A stretch of DNA of 64,000 bases, from positions 6,574,001-6,638,000 of the forward strand of contig CM052832.1 in assembly GCA_028534125.1 (NCBI GenBank). The letters run 5' to 3'. The translations under genes and the position numbers were made by a program. The notes below the pieces were generated by a model, which saw only the letters and a list, made by a program, of their open reading frames with translations, did not search any database and was not told the DNA's origin. The stretch's first letter is position 1. Each line of letters opens with the position of its first letter. This stretch comes from Lama glama. Its lineage: Eukaryota. Shown here in pieces: positions 40,490 through 52,420 of this stretch.

Positions 40490-40680
40490 TATTCTTACTC
40501 TGTGACAGGCACAATTCCAAGTGCTTTATATGTACAGTCATTTTTTTCCCTCACAAAGACTCAGTGAGGTAGGTATTAATATTATCTCCATTTTACGGAT
40601 AGGACACTAAGGCTGGGGTCACGCATGTCACTTAGCTACTCAGGGCCATGGTTAAAACCCAGGGAGTCAGACTCTCGAAC
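40490..40680 (-). mobile_element. MIR SINE
   Basis: aagtgctttatatg...cctcacaaagactcagtgaggtaggtattaatattatctccattttacggat. Confidence 0.75.
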
Positions 40681-42937
40681 GTTACACACAAATGTAATAT
40701 TGGAGAAGAAGCTGTCAATACGTGAAAGGATTGTGAAGTGGCTTGTTTTATTATTGTGTTGTAGTAAAAGGTGAGACAGAAAAAGTTACTCTTTTTTTCA
40801 GATGTATTTTCTGGGTCTCCCATTTTTCCATCCTCCTCTTTGGAAGGCAGGGCCGCATGACTCGGGCAGACAGAACTGAAGGTCCTGACGCCCTAGCCTC
40901 AAACTCCCTTCCTGTAATAGGTATCAGAGTGTCATGTCTGAGACCTGGGATATAAATGATAAGTGAATGTGGTTGGTCATCATCTTTTCCCATCATAAAC
41001 CTCTGCCCAAGGGCTCTCACGCTGGGAAAACAGAGGTGTTGAAAGAAAGAATGGAGGTGCACTGGCAGAGTATGTGGACAGGCTCAAATGGCCTGCTGGC
41101 ACCTTCAGACATGGAATGTTCTAAATATGTCGCAGCTCTAGAGACTCAAGCTCCGTCTGATTCACAATGGGGACACTCATAAACGATCAGCTATTAACCA
41201 ACCAAACAAACAAACCCAAAAATATGCGAAAGAAACAACTCTTCTTTAAACTCAAACTTTTTCTCTTTCCTCTTATTACTCAACATAATAATCTGTAGAA
41301 CCACTTTTCATTTGGAAGTTCCCATTGGGAACATAGAATTCATTGCATAGATTTATATAGTTCTTACTAGTGGCTGATGAATTAGTGCATAAACAGGCCC
41401 TCGTACTCTTGTGGCAGTGGGACCAAGCTGTTGGGGATGGAGTCGTGACAGACTGTGAAAACAGATCATATCAAGCTCCACCCCCTCCCCATTCATTATG
41501 CATTTAACAAACCGTACTGAAACCTTCTATGTGCCAGACATGGGGCCACATCCTCTCTATCCAGAAGAGGTGGCAAACATGAAACTAAATCATCAATCTT
41601 AGTGTTGTAGTTGTCGTGAAAGAAATAGCTATGCACAGGGTTTTTTTTTTTTTTGTAGTACTTTAAAAATGTATTCATATCTTATTTTGTGCCCTTCAGT
41701 AAAATCATATAGTTTTCTTCATGTAGATTTAACATGTTTCTTATCAGCTGTATTCCCAGATATTTCGCAGTTTTTGTTAACATTGTGGATGGTGGCTTTT
41801 TGCACGTGGTATTCTTTCCTCATTTCTTTGGAAAATAATTTTAGCTTTTATAAAAATCATCAAGCTCATTATCATGAAGCAATGCCACACAGTAAAGTAC
41901 AAAGAAGAAGGATAAAATATTAGTCGGATTCCAGCACCTTGAAATAACCATCACCCTTTCCAACAATCAAACTTCCTGGAATATTATACTCTTTAAATCT
42001 GCTTCGATTCCTTTTAAAGTTTTTTTTTTTCTGAAATAACTTCAGATCTTTTAAAATTATCTTATTCTTTTCCTCTTTTTGCTTTCCATATCAAAACTCT
42101 GATGAATAACAATTATTATTAATATCAGTATTTATTATTATTGTTATTTTACCACATTGATCCTTAATTTTCTGTGTGCTGAGAAATGTCTCATTGAACA
42201 CAGGACTTAAACTCAATGAGCTGCTGCCCAAATGAAGTTTGATGGTGGGCAAGTAAGAATTAAATGAAGTAAATTTAATTTAATAAGAATGAACTAAAAT
42301 GGTAACTTATCAGCCTCGGTTCTTCTTGGTGCATCTTTGGGCCTGGGATGAACTGAGTTTTCAGTATTTCACTGTCAAGTATGGAAAAGGTGGGGCAGTT
42401 AGTGGCTTGGCAAATCTTTTAACAAGTAAGTAGACGAACTATTTTTATTGAAATCTAGATTAGCTCTAGAAAGAACTTAAAGATTTTATAAGCATCTCCC
42501 CTTCCCCAGAATTTACACATGATGAAACTGAGGCCCAGAGAACCTTGCCTGATGTCACTTGGCTAATTAATTAATAGCCAAGGAAAAACTAAAAATTTAA
42601 TTCTCTTTTCCACTTTTTTAGCAGCAGTTTTATTTATGACACTTATTCCATATTCATCTGCAAACTGTTTTTGTGGGTACACTAGGGAAAGGTGGTTGCA
42701 GTTGCCCTAAAGCTGAAACTGCAGGTTGTATAGTAGTATTTCCAGAGTCCAGGTAAGAGGATGTCAGAGGGAAGGATACAAGTCCTGCTGATGGTCTGCA
42801 CCTGATCTGGGGAACTGAGGTAAGGTCTCGGGCAGCTCCTGACTGCACAGGTGAGGGGAGTAATGTTTCATTGGATCCCAAGTAGTCTTCCTTCAGTGAT
42901 AACTTTGTCTTTCAATCAGGTGACCAGTAGCCATCAA

Positions 42938-42938
<1 letters not shown>

Positions 42939-42996
<58 letters not shown>
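42939..42996. repeat. (TG)29 perfect microsatellite
   Basis: Directly visible. It explains the poly-VC and poly-HT ORFs in the track. Confidence 0.97.
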
Positions 42997-42997
<1 letters not shown>

Positions 42998-43312
42998 ATG
43001 TGCGTGTGTGTAGGGATGGAGAAGCCAGGCGTGTCTCGGAGGCTCTCACAGCCAGTCTCATCCAGCAGGCACTGTGCTCCCATAATCCCCGTCCCAGGCC
43101 GGGTGGGGCCCAGTCCTGTTTCCCATGGACGTCCATGCCCAGCATCTGAACTGCTATTTCAGAGACAGAATGTTCTAAATCAGGTTTTCTGTTTTGGCAG
43201 AGGAATGGAACCCTCTTTTCTAATATTACTTCTGTGGGAAAGTGTTTTCTGAGTTCCAGACAACTCAATTTACAAATACATTTTTGGGATATGACCCATT
43301 TATATATATATT

Positions 43313-43362
43313 TGTGTGTGTGTGTGTGTGTATGTCTGTGTATACACACACACACACACACA
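43313..43362. repeat. (TG)9 ... (CA)9 inverted microsatellite pair
   Basis: Directly visible, with gtatac at 43340-43345 between the two tracts. Confidence 0.9.
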
Positions 43363-43691
43363 TACATGTAAGGACTGTGTGTTCTGGGGGTAAGAACACT
43401 TCCCATGTACAGCTTGGTGGTACAAAGTGCAGGTGTTTCTTATATTGACCTTATTCAAGGAATAGCATATAATGTGCCTAAAATCTGAAACATACTCCGT
43501 CTGTCTTTCAGGAAGGGATGGCTATAGGCTTAGCAGCTCCCCATAAGGTAGGATTTAAGGGTCCAAAGAGCCTCCCACCCCCATTCATGCCCTCCTTGGT
43601 CTTAGAAAACGATCCAAAATTATCAGTGCCAATTAAGATAGGGGTTCAGCATGTGCAGAATCAACTTGTTGGGCATGACTTTTTCTTGAAA

Positions 43692-44260
43692 TGTTGCAGA
43701 AAAGTGTGTTACAGCTCAGTGTTACAGCTCAGTTGTGACAATGACCTGCATCCAGGTGAGAGACTAAGCAGCACTCAGAGAGTTGTAAAACTCAGGTTTA
43801 TTATGTCAGCAGGCCCAAAAGAGTTAACACTCCAAGCTCTAGATACCATCTGTAGGTTTACACAGGCCTTTATAGGCTGCCAGTTTACACTTTGCAACAT
43901 CATATGCAAATAAGGTATAACAAAAGTTGACTAATTAGGAACAAGCTTTGTAGAAATGGACCAATCAGGAGGGAGAGAAATAACCAATCAGAAGTGAGGG
44001 AAATGGACCAATCTGGAGGGAGAGAAATAACCAATCAGAAGTGAGCTCCATGCAAATGAAGTACTACAAATGGGCCAATCAGGAGTTAGCTCAGGGAACC
44101 AATAGAATTTTAGGGTAAGTTCCACTTTCCTAGAAGTAAGCCGTTTCAGAGGCTAAAAGTGAGATAAAGCCACTGGGCCAGGGAACCGGGTGGTGCTGGC
44201 AGGAAAGTAGTGGCCCTGCTTGGGGGTCCTGCTGATCTTTTTTATGGGGCTTCTCATTTC
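43692..44260 (-). mobile_element. Solo ERV LTR (probably ERV1 class)
   Basis: Starts TG at 43692 and is flanked by gaaa on both sides (43688-43691, 44261-44264; candidate 4-bp TSD). On the minus strand, TATAAA (43869-43874) is followed by AATAAA (43797-43802). U3 contains a 47-bp tandem duplication and six CCAAT boxes. Confidence 0.8.
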
Positions 44261-44639
44261 GAAACCAGTGTCTTTGGTTTTGTTTTCACTTTTTAAAATA
44301 GATTCTCTGGCCCCTCCAGAGACTCTAAGTAGATGAGGGATAGGAGTCTGGAAACTGTAATTATTTTTTAAGAATTCTTTATTCTCTAGAAAACTCTCAT
44401 CAAGTCACTTTTGAGTCAAGACATTTATTGATTCACTGATTAATTCTTTTAATTGTTCATTCTTTCATCATACATCAAGGTTTGCTCATGCAGTATGGGT
44501 ACTGGGTACTGAGGGTAGAAGGACAAGCATCATAAGGGAAGAAAGTGACACAGGAGCTACTGATAGTGTCTGATGGGGTCTGGGAGACTGCAGTCACAAA
44601 AGGCTTTGCAGAAGCATCGACTCAGGAGGTCACAGCTGA

Positions 44640-44840
44640 GTGCTGGAGCATCTACGTTCTTGGGCCAGACTGCCTGGACTCACAGCCCAGCTCTACCATC
44701 TGCCAACTTAGGATCTGCCAAGGTGCTTAAACTTTCTATGCCTCAGTTTTCTCATCTGTCAAATGGAGACAGTCTGAGGACTTAGGTCAGAAAGTTGTGA
44801 CAATGGAATGAGCTGATGTAGGAAAAGTGCTTAAAACAGC
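44640..44840 (+). mobile_element. MIR SINE
   Basis: gggccagactgcctggactcacagcccagctctacc...cttaaactttctatgcctcagttttctcatctgtcaaatgg. Confidence 0.8.
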
Positions 44841-44855
44841 GGGCTTGAGCTTCGG

Positions 44856-45040
44856 CAGTGGTCTCAAGCTTCAGCAGGTATCAGAATCCCCCGGAAGTTT
44901 TGCTAATACCAGGCTTCTGGGTCCCACTCCAAGTTTCCAAGTCAGTTGATTTGAGATAAGCCTGAGGATGTGCATGTCTAACAATTTCCCGGGAAATGCC
45001 AATGCCGCTGGTCTGGGGATAACTCTTTGAGAATACTTCC
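44856..45040. mobile_element. MER5A-like DNA transposon
   Basis: cagtggtctcaagctt...atcagaatcccc...tctaacaatttcccggg...tgccgctggtctggggataactctttgagaatact. Confidence 0.8.
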
Positions 45041-46384
45041 AATGATAGTAAGCAGCATTTGTTGCTATTCTTTTCAGCTGATCTTTGATGGAAACATTGG
45101 AGAGTGTCACACAAAGGCACCTAGGCAGAGGGAACTGCCAGTGCATAGCCCAGAGGGCTGGAAGCAGAGGGCAGGCGCCAGGAGCAGGGAGAAACAGGCT
45201 GGCGGGGACACAGGATACATTGTGGCCGCCAGACTCTGAGGAACCTGGCCCCGGGTAAGTATAGACATTATCTGAGAGTAACCAGAGAGCCTGTTATCAG
45301 CCATTAGCACCTTAGCACAAATTAATTTATCGGAGTAGCCTGTCACTTTGTCAAAGCCTGGAGGACTCTGACTCATGCCTGGTGAATTTGGATGGCCCTA
45401 GGAGACTGGTCCTCCTTCTTTGGAAAATCACCCCACACCAGTGAGTCCCGGGCAGCTTTGAGGGCACTCAGCTGCCCAGACCCCTGTCCTCACGAGAGGA
45501 CTTGTGGATCTGTGATCACACCTGGAATTGGCCTCTTGGGCTCTGTACGCTCATACTCCTGATACCCAAACGCATCTGGCTTATATTTGCAGACTTTAAA
45601 AAAATGCAATTACATTAGAAGGTTTATAATATATTTGTCTATCTATCTAGGAATATTTTCCATACTCTGAACCACAAAAGACTTATTTATAACCACATTT
45701 TCCAGTCCATGGACTGTCAAAAGAGCATTAAAAACAAAACACAATCCATCCATCTTTGTGTTTTCTGTTTGTGTGATTTTTTTCCCCCTTTTGGGCAAAC
45801 CGAGTAATTTGCAAGTTTCAGTTTCACAGACAATTCCAACACTGCAGCCCCTTGCACACTCTTGTTTCTGCGAAGGAAACACAGATCAGCTCAGCTGCCC
45901 TGTGGCTGTTCTCGTGTGTGTCGTTTTATCCAGCACCTTATCTGTGCTACTTTACACACTCCAGATGCTCCAAGGCCAAGTAAGAGCCAACGCAGGCAAC
46001 AGTGGCTTTCCTCCTGGCCCGGTGAGCCTGGGGCCACTGGGAAAGCAAGCTGTACTATTTTGGGCATGGCATGCTGTAACGAATGGAAAAAGAGAAATCA
46101 GAGACAGGCAGTTTTCCTCTGCCGTCTGAAAAATAACACGATGCGTCCTGCTAAAGTGAAGAGAGAGTTAGAAGGAGGGAAACTGATTTCACCATGGCAT
46201 CCAAATGGGAGGAGGAGGAGGTGGGCGGGTGGAAAGAAAGCATTTATAGGAGAAGATGCTCTGGGAGGCAGAAAGACAGAAAACTCACATCCAAATTGGC
46301 AACTGAGGTCTTTAGATTGCTCTTTAGCCATAGAACACTCTTGTGAGGGTAGGGTGTGTACGTGTGTCTGTGTTTATATGAGAC

Positions 46385-46510
46385 AGACAGAGCCTTCTAA
46401 CCTGCGCAGAAGGGCCCTGCGCTCAGTTTAATGCTCTCCTGAATTTCTTAATGCGGGGCCCTGTATTTTCATTTTACGCTGGGCGCCCCAAATTAGATAG
46501 CTGGTTCTGG
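46385..46510 (+). mobile_element. MER91-like hAT-Tip100 element (partial)
   Basis: agaagggccctgcgctcagtttaatgctct...ggggccctgtattttcattttacgctgggc...caaattagatagctggttctg. Confidence 0.6.
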
Positions 46511-46714
46511 AGAGAGAGTTAGTTCCCCTGATATAAGGAGGTTGAAATTGGCATTATTTTTTTTTCATATTCTTCATTTTTAAGACTATTCATTTTCGAA
46601 TATATGTGCCTCAACCTTTTCTTTAACCATCCTGTGCTGCCCGTGTGCTTCGTTCACCTGAAGTTCTCGTAGTTTCTAACATAACCATGGCCGTTTGGCT
46701 TCTCTTGTCTTAGA

Positions 46715-46930
46715 GCAGAACTCAGGAAATTTTTTTCTGGGAAGGGCCAATAACTAGTATTTTCAGCTTGATAGACGGTTTTGGAATCTCTATTGCAACT
46801 ACTCACCTGCTGTTGTAGGGAAAGCAGAAATACGTAAATGAATGAGCGCGGCTGGGTTCCAGCGAAGCTTGATTCGCAGAAACCTGTGGGGGCTGGGTTT
46901 GGCCTGGGGGCCCCGATTTGACGACCTCTA
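46715..46930. mobile_element. MER58-like DNA transposon
   Basis: aaatttttttctgggaagggcca...attttcagctt...tgcaactactcacctgctgttgtag...aaagcag...acgtaaatgaatgagcgcggctgggttcc...tttggcct. Confidence 0.75.
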
Positions 46931-46994
46931 CCCAACAGTACGCTACTCTTTTTGATGATGATGAAACAGATGATGACACGATGACGATGGCTGT

Positions 46995-47190
46995 CATGTA
47001 CTGAGGCAGACTCTGGGCCAGATGCTTTATAAGCATTTTAGTATTTAATTTTCACAACCTTATATGGTACAGTTACCATGATCTTGACATTACAGATGAG
47101 AAAAGTGGTATTTAGAGGAGTAAATTATTTATTCAAGGTTATCCGGCTAGTAAAAAGAGGAGGTGAGATTCAACCTTGAGACTCCTGCTA
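46995..47190 (-). mobile_element. MIR SINE
   Basis: atttaattttcacaacc...ttacagatgagaaaa...gtaaattatttattcaaggt...gctagtaa. Confidence 0.7.
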
Positions 47191-48185
47191 GACCCCAGTG
47201 TTTCCAGCCCTTCACTTCTCATATCTGGAGCCCTTGACCTTTGCCCGAAATCCAGCCCCATCCTGGTCTTTAGAATTGAGCCAAACTTTAAGTGAGGAGG
47301 GTGTCAGAAGGAGCTCCAGCCTCATTGATACAATCCACCGTCAGGCTGTCCTTAGCGTCTTCTGAGCCTCTTGATATCCAAGAACCAGTCCCCACCTTAG
47401 GGTCTGGGGTTTCTGTCTTGTCCTGGATTCCATTTCTTCTAGCTTTTTGTTCGTTAATAAGCCAGGTGCTCCATGTGAGACTCCCCAATGACGACGAGGT
47501 GCTGAGACACGCTTTATTTTTGTCTTCTTTCTTGTTATTTTGAGACCACAAGGGTTTTTGGACTGGATCTGGCCCAGTGGTAGAGCCAGTCTCCTTCCTC
47601 TGCCCCCATCTGTTCTCTCATCTCCATGCTTGGTCAGCCCCAAGGGTGGATCTGGTCCTGGCTGCCCCGTGTTAGTCGTCAACAGGGCCAAAGCTGATCC
47701 CCTCCAGAGGTAGTGTGGTTCTTTGCAATGAAAGGTCTACCACCTTCTTACTTTCCTCTCCAAATTCAATTCATGTTTGCAGCCCGGCCCGAGAGCCACC
47801 CTCCTCTCTCCTGCACCTCCCCGCACTGCTCCGGGACTCACAGTGTTCCTGTCTTCCAGTGCCCATCACACAGCCCCATCTTGTGTTTTTCTCCAGTTGC
47901 CTTGGGAGCTTTCCACTTGTTTCATTTTTCTTTCAAAAGCCCTTTGAAACAACTCCTATTACTTTTGCTTATTTTCCACTGGTGGGAAAGGTGGTGGACG
48001 TTATTAGGTACTGGATGTTGTTGATCATTACTGGGGACTGTTGATGGGCTGGTTACTGTGTGAGGTTGCCAAGGCGATGGAAGACCCATCTCTCATAGGC
48101 ACGGAATCTTACTAGTGTGAAAGGGAGAAGTGGCCATGACAGCTATGGCCTCCCAGGCATGACCAGCCTGGCCTTGGTCTTCGCC

Positions 48186-48660
48186 TGTTGAATATACACA
48201 TTGTCACAAAACATCCTAGGAGCATGAGTGACCAAGATAAAAGCAAGATCTTCTGCACTCACATCTAAACAGAGACAAAAATTTGAACATTATCCAAACT
48301 ACAAAAATGATCCCATACTCCCCAATCCTGGCTAATATGAGTGACTGCTGCTTCTTTACCAATGATACCAGTGATAGCCTTGCTTCATTCCCCCTGCCTT
48401 ATAGATAAGATTTGTTAATATAGCCAAGCCAAAAGGTATCCCCGCTTTATAATTAGCATCCAATCTAAAGTATTGCTCCCTTAAGCCCTCCCCCAAATCA
48501 CTTAAGACAAGACCAAATCCTGTAAGTCCTTTCAGTGTCCTCTCACTGCCATGCCCCAGCGCCTCCATGGTGTGCGTTCTCCATCACTGCAGAGGGCAAT
48601 AACCCAAGTTGTTTAACTACAGGTGTGTGCGTGGTGCTCTTTGGCTGGAGGACACTGACA
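48186..48660 (+). mobile_element. Old ERV1-type LTR (MER34-like)
   Basis: Ends ...taactacaggtgtgtgcgtggtgctctttggctggaggacactgaCA. Internal gagtgactgctgcttctttaccaatgat and gcatccaatctaaag. The 5' boundary is uncertain. Confidence 0.55.
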
Positions 48661-49839
48661 TTAGCAATTCCTTGAGCTATCAGAAACATACTCAGTCATC
48701 TTGACGTTATGTTTTCCAGGGAGTATGTGTGTTCTTCCCCCCTCCCCCCTGCCCAGGAACATCTCTTGAGCAGTTGAGAGCAATCACTTTGCCATAGGAC
48801 CCCTCTCCCTGTTCCCTGCTTTGATGAGTCCTCTCCACCCCTTCACCCCACTCTAAATGCTGCCAAGGACCAAATAAAACAAATTAACTTTGGATGCTTT
48901 GAGAAGTGTTTCTTCCCTTCTTTCCACTTCCATTTCCATGACATGATGTCTTGTAAACCCAGAGTGATATATGTGGTAGCCTCCACTTTCAGACTAAAAA
49001 ATCTGTCCTGCTCCAGTTTATTTGAATTTAAAATTCATCCCACTTTGATGTTTGCCACTCTACAGCATGAACTGCTATATAAAGGAGCATGCATCTTGCT
49101 CACACGGCATGCAACTCATCTAAGGCTATAAGGAATAGCCTGACATTTAGGTTGGGTACAAGGTGCTTTTCTAGGAATAAATGCACCAGATGAGCCAGCC
49201 TGATGCAGGGTGAAGAATGGTTACTGGATGGAGACCGAGAAGCCTGGAATTATAGTCTGAGTTTTTCACAGACCATCACTTTGACCTCAGTTAAGCTATA
49301 TTCTGTTAGCCTAAATTCCCTATCAAGAACTGGACATTATTGAAATCATACTCCATGCCCGGCAGTAGGATAGGTGACTCGTGCCATCCATCAGGTCATT
49401 TGCAAACAGTGTAACGTGACAGGCATTACACAGGGAAAAAGGACTGCAGGCCTACTGCTGGCCTACATCTTAAGACCTCAGTGTAAACACGTGTAAACAT
49501 GAGCAGAAGCATCAAACCCAAATGGAGGGACATTCTGTACAGAGGAGGAAGGCCTGGAAGTCGCTGAAAGTGGCTACATTTCCTTACACACACAAGACTC
49601 CAAGGTCTCAAACCAAACTCCTTGGGCTTCTCTCTGGCTCAGATCACCAGCGCTAGGCCACCTATTTGTGCGTTGGTTTCCCCATCTGTAAAATGAAAAC
49701 AGGAGTTGTCCCTGTCTCACAGGGTAGTATAAGGATTGCGTTCATTTATAAAGACCAACTGCAGAGAACAGTGATGGGTACTTAGTAACCCGTTAAAACT
49801 ATATTTAATGGTATTGTTTTTGTTCTTATTAGCGATAAG

Positions 49840-50590
49840 TAATCTTGAAATTTCCAGATAAATCCAAACCCCTATAATTTCTCCTAGTGAGGAAGCAAAG
49901 AGTCTGAAGTTGCCTCTGAAAAAAATATAAGCATGTATCTTTGGAAAATATGAAATCCTTCCAGGGTCGTAAGTGACAAAGAATAAGTTGAGCCTGGACT
50001 GTCTTGTACCAGAAACACTCAGTTAGGGGGATGTACATGTCCATGGACACAGAAGCTGGCTTGAAGGGTTGAAGGGGCTCTGGGCAAATCTGGGGTGATG
50101 AGCATCGAAATAATGATATTAATACATTATGACCCATTAAATAAACCAGGAGTCTGTGAGTGCACATTTATATTACTCAATAATTAAATGAGAAGAAAAA
50201 CTCTGCAGTAGAATGCCAACTAATTAAAGCAAAAGAAATGACAGAAGTAGACACATGTTAATGTGGCAAGTCAACATCACGTGGCACACACAGGATACAA
50301 CAAGAACACGGCATCACTTTTGTGGTGTGCTGGCCTACGTCTTAAGACCTCAGTGTAAACATGAGCAGGAACATCAAACCCAAATGGAGGGACATGCTGT
50401 ACAATGACTGGCCCACAGTCTCAAAACTGTCAAGGTCATTGTCTGAGATTGAAGGCGATTCAAGAAACATGACAACTGAGTGATGTTTTGGATCCTCTCT
50501 TAGATTCTTTTACAAAAAGGATCTGGCAAAGGGTATATCAGAGTTCTTTGTATTATTATTGTAATTCTTCTGTAAATTTGAAATTGCTTC
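49840..50590 (+). mobile_element. Old L1 (L1MC/ME) 3' UTR fragments
   Basis: gcatcacttttgtggt...aaacccaaatggagggacat...gactggcc...aaaactgtcaaggtcat...gacaactga...ggatcc...ttctgtaaatttgaaatt. Confidence 0.6.
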
Positions 50591-50606
50591 AAAGGAAAAG
50601 AAAAAA

Positions 50607-50816
50607 ATATATATTCTTTTTCATATTCTTTTCCATTATAGTTTATTACAAGATATTGGATGTAGTTCCCTGTGCTATACAGTAGGACCTTGTTGTTCAT
50701 CTATTTTATATATAGTAGTTTGTATCTGCATATATATGTATGTATAACTGAATCACTTAGCCATACATCAGAAACTAACACAGCATTGTAAATCAACCAT
50801 ACTTCAATAAAAAAAG
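50607..50816 (+). mobile_element. Short L1 3' end with 5' inversion
   Basis: 50607-50729 is antisense L1 tail sequence. 50730-50816 is the adjoining sense 3' terminus ending cttcaataaaaaaa. Confidence 0.8.
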
Positions 50817-50879
50817 ATGTAGAAAATGAAAAATGTACAGCTATCAGAAATACTTTGTAGTCATAAAAAATAATACTGT

Positions 50880-51770
50880 TATTGACACTGAAAGCATGAG
50901 CAACAGCAACAACAAAAAGATAAGCTGGACTTCATCAAAATTTAAAACTTTTGTACTTGATGGTGAGGACACTATCAAGAAAAAGACAACTCACAGAATA
51001 GGAGAAAATATTTGCAAACTGTGTATCTGGTAACAGATTCATATCCAGAATATATGCAGGACTCTTACAGCTCCACACACACAGACAGACACACACAGAG
51101 AAAGAAAAACAACCCAATTAAAACATGGGCAAAAGCCAACAAAAAAGAAATACTGTGGCATAAGTTTAATAAAGTATGTGCATAGTCTGTATGAAGAAAA
51201 CCACAAAGCTTTGCTAAAAGAAATAAAAGAAAAACTTGATAAATGGAGAGCTATTCCATGTACGTGGATAAGAAGACTGACTATAGAAAGATGTCGGTTC
51301 TTCTCACCTTGATCTTTTTTTAAATTGAAGTATAGTTGATTTACAGTGTTGTGTTAGTTTCCAGTGTACAGTATAGTGACTCAGTTACACACACACATAT
51401 ATACTTTTTCATTACAGGTTATTCCAAGATACTGAATATAGTTCCCTGTGCTATACAGTATGACCTTGTTGTTTATTCTGTATATAGTAGTTTGTATCTG
51501 TAATCCCAAACTCCTAATTTATCCCTCTCTGCTCCTTTCCCTTTGGTAACCATACCAACTTGATCTTTAGATTCAATGCAATCCCAGCCAAAATCCTAGC
51601 AAGTTATTTTGTGGATATCGACAAACTGATTCTAAAGTTTATACGGAGCAGCAGAAGACCCAGGACCAACATAATATTGAAAGAGAAGAACAAAATCAGA
51701 GGACTGACGCTACCTGATCTCAAGACTTACTATGAAGCTACAGTAATCAAGACAGTGTGATATTGGTGAA
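50880..51770 (+). mobile_element. Old L1 ORF2 fragments (rearranged), interrupted by a younger L1 tail
   Basis: gataagctggacttcatcaaaatttaaaactttt..., agattcaatgcaatcccag...gacaaactgattctaaagttt...gctacagtaatcaagacagtgtg. The 51560-51760 ORF is an ORF2 remnant. Confidence 0.85.
51318..51554 (-). mobile_element. Short L1 3' end nested in the older L1
   Basis: aattgaagtatagttgatttac...tttggtaaccata, flanked by cttgatcttt at 51308-51317 and 51559-51568 (TSD core). Confidence 0.85.
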
Positions 51771-52049
51771 ATTTAAACTTAAAAAAAAAAAGAAATCTGT
51801 TGAAAAAATAAGAAGACCTGTATCTGAGTGGTAAGAAAATGATCACGTTCATTTTTGTGATGGCTAACACATATTGGGTACTACGGTGTGCCCGGCATTG
51901 TGCTAAGTGCTTTGCATGCATTGCTCTATTTAATTCTCACATTAAATCTTACATTTTTCCAACTTTGTGAAATTTCTACAATAAATATATTACTTCTAAA
52001 ACCAGACAATTTTATTTGTAAATTTATATGTACATAATAGGTCCTATTA

Positions 52050-52420
52050 AGATGAAGGTCTTCAAGTTGGTGAAGATTGTAGGAACTACTTACTGTAAGA
52101 TTTGTTTAAGGGATTGAAGATGTTTTACTTGGCAAGGGGGCCTTGAAGTGAGTGATGATGGCTCTCTTCACATATTTGAAAGACAGTCAATTGGAAAAGG
52201 AATTGGACTCTGTCTCCACGGCTTCAAAAAATGAACTAGAGCCACTGAGTAAAGAATCTTAGGAAAGCAAGTTTGGGCTTAACATAAGAACGCTCTTCCA
52301 GACAATTCTCTCCAAAAAAGTAATTATCTAATCCCCGAATATTTAGGGATTTGTGTGTTCACCTAGAAAAAGTTTGGAAGAACAGGAGTCTGAGGTCATT
52401 TTCAACTCTTAAATTCTGCC
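52050..52420 (+). mobile_element. L3/CR1 LINE 3' fragment
   Basis: ctcttcacatatttgaaagacagtca...gaactagagcc...gcaagtttgggcttaacataagaac...tctgaggtcattttcaactct. Confidence 0.55.

Noticed and set aside
42851..43448. ORFs with poly-(VC) or poly-(HT) tracts
   Set aside because: Translations of TG/CA microsatellites.
43953..44045. Repeat-spacer pattern superficially like a CRISPR array
   Set aside because: Only two adjacent tandem units with no unique spacers, inside a mammalian LTR, and no cas genes.
45758..46431. 123-aa and 189-aa ORFs
   Set aside because: Non-ATG starts, no recognisable protein features, no convincing splice structure, and the longer one ends in a MER91-like repeat.
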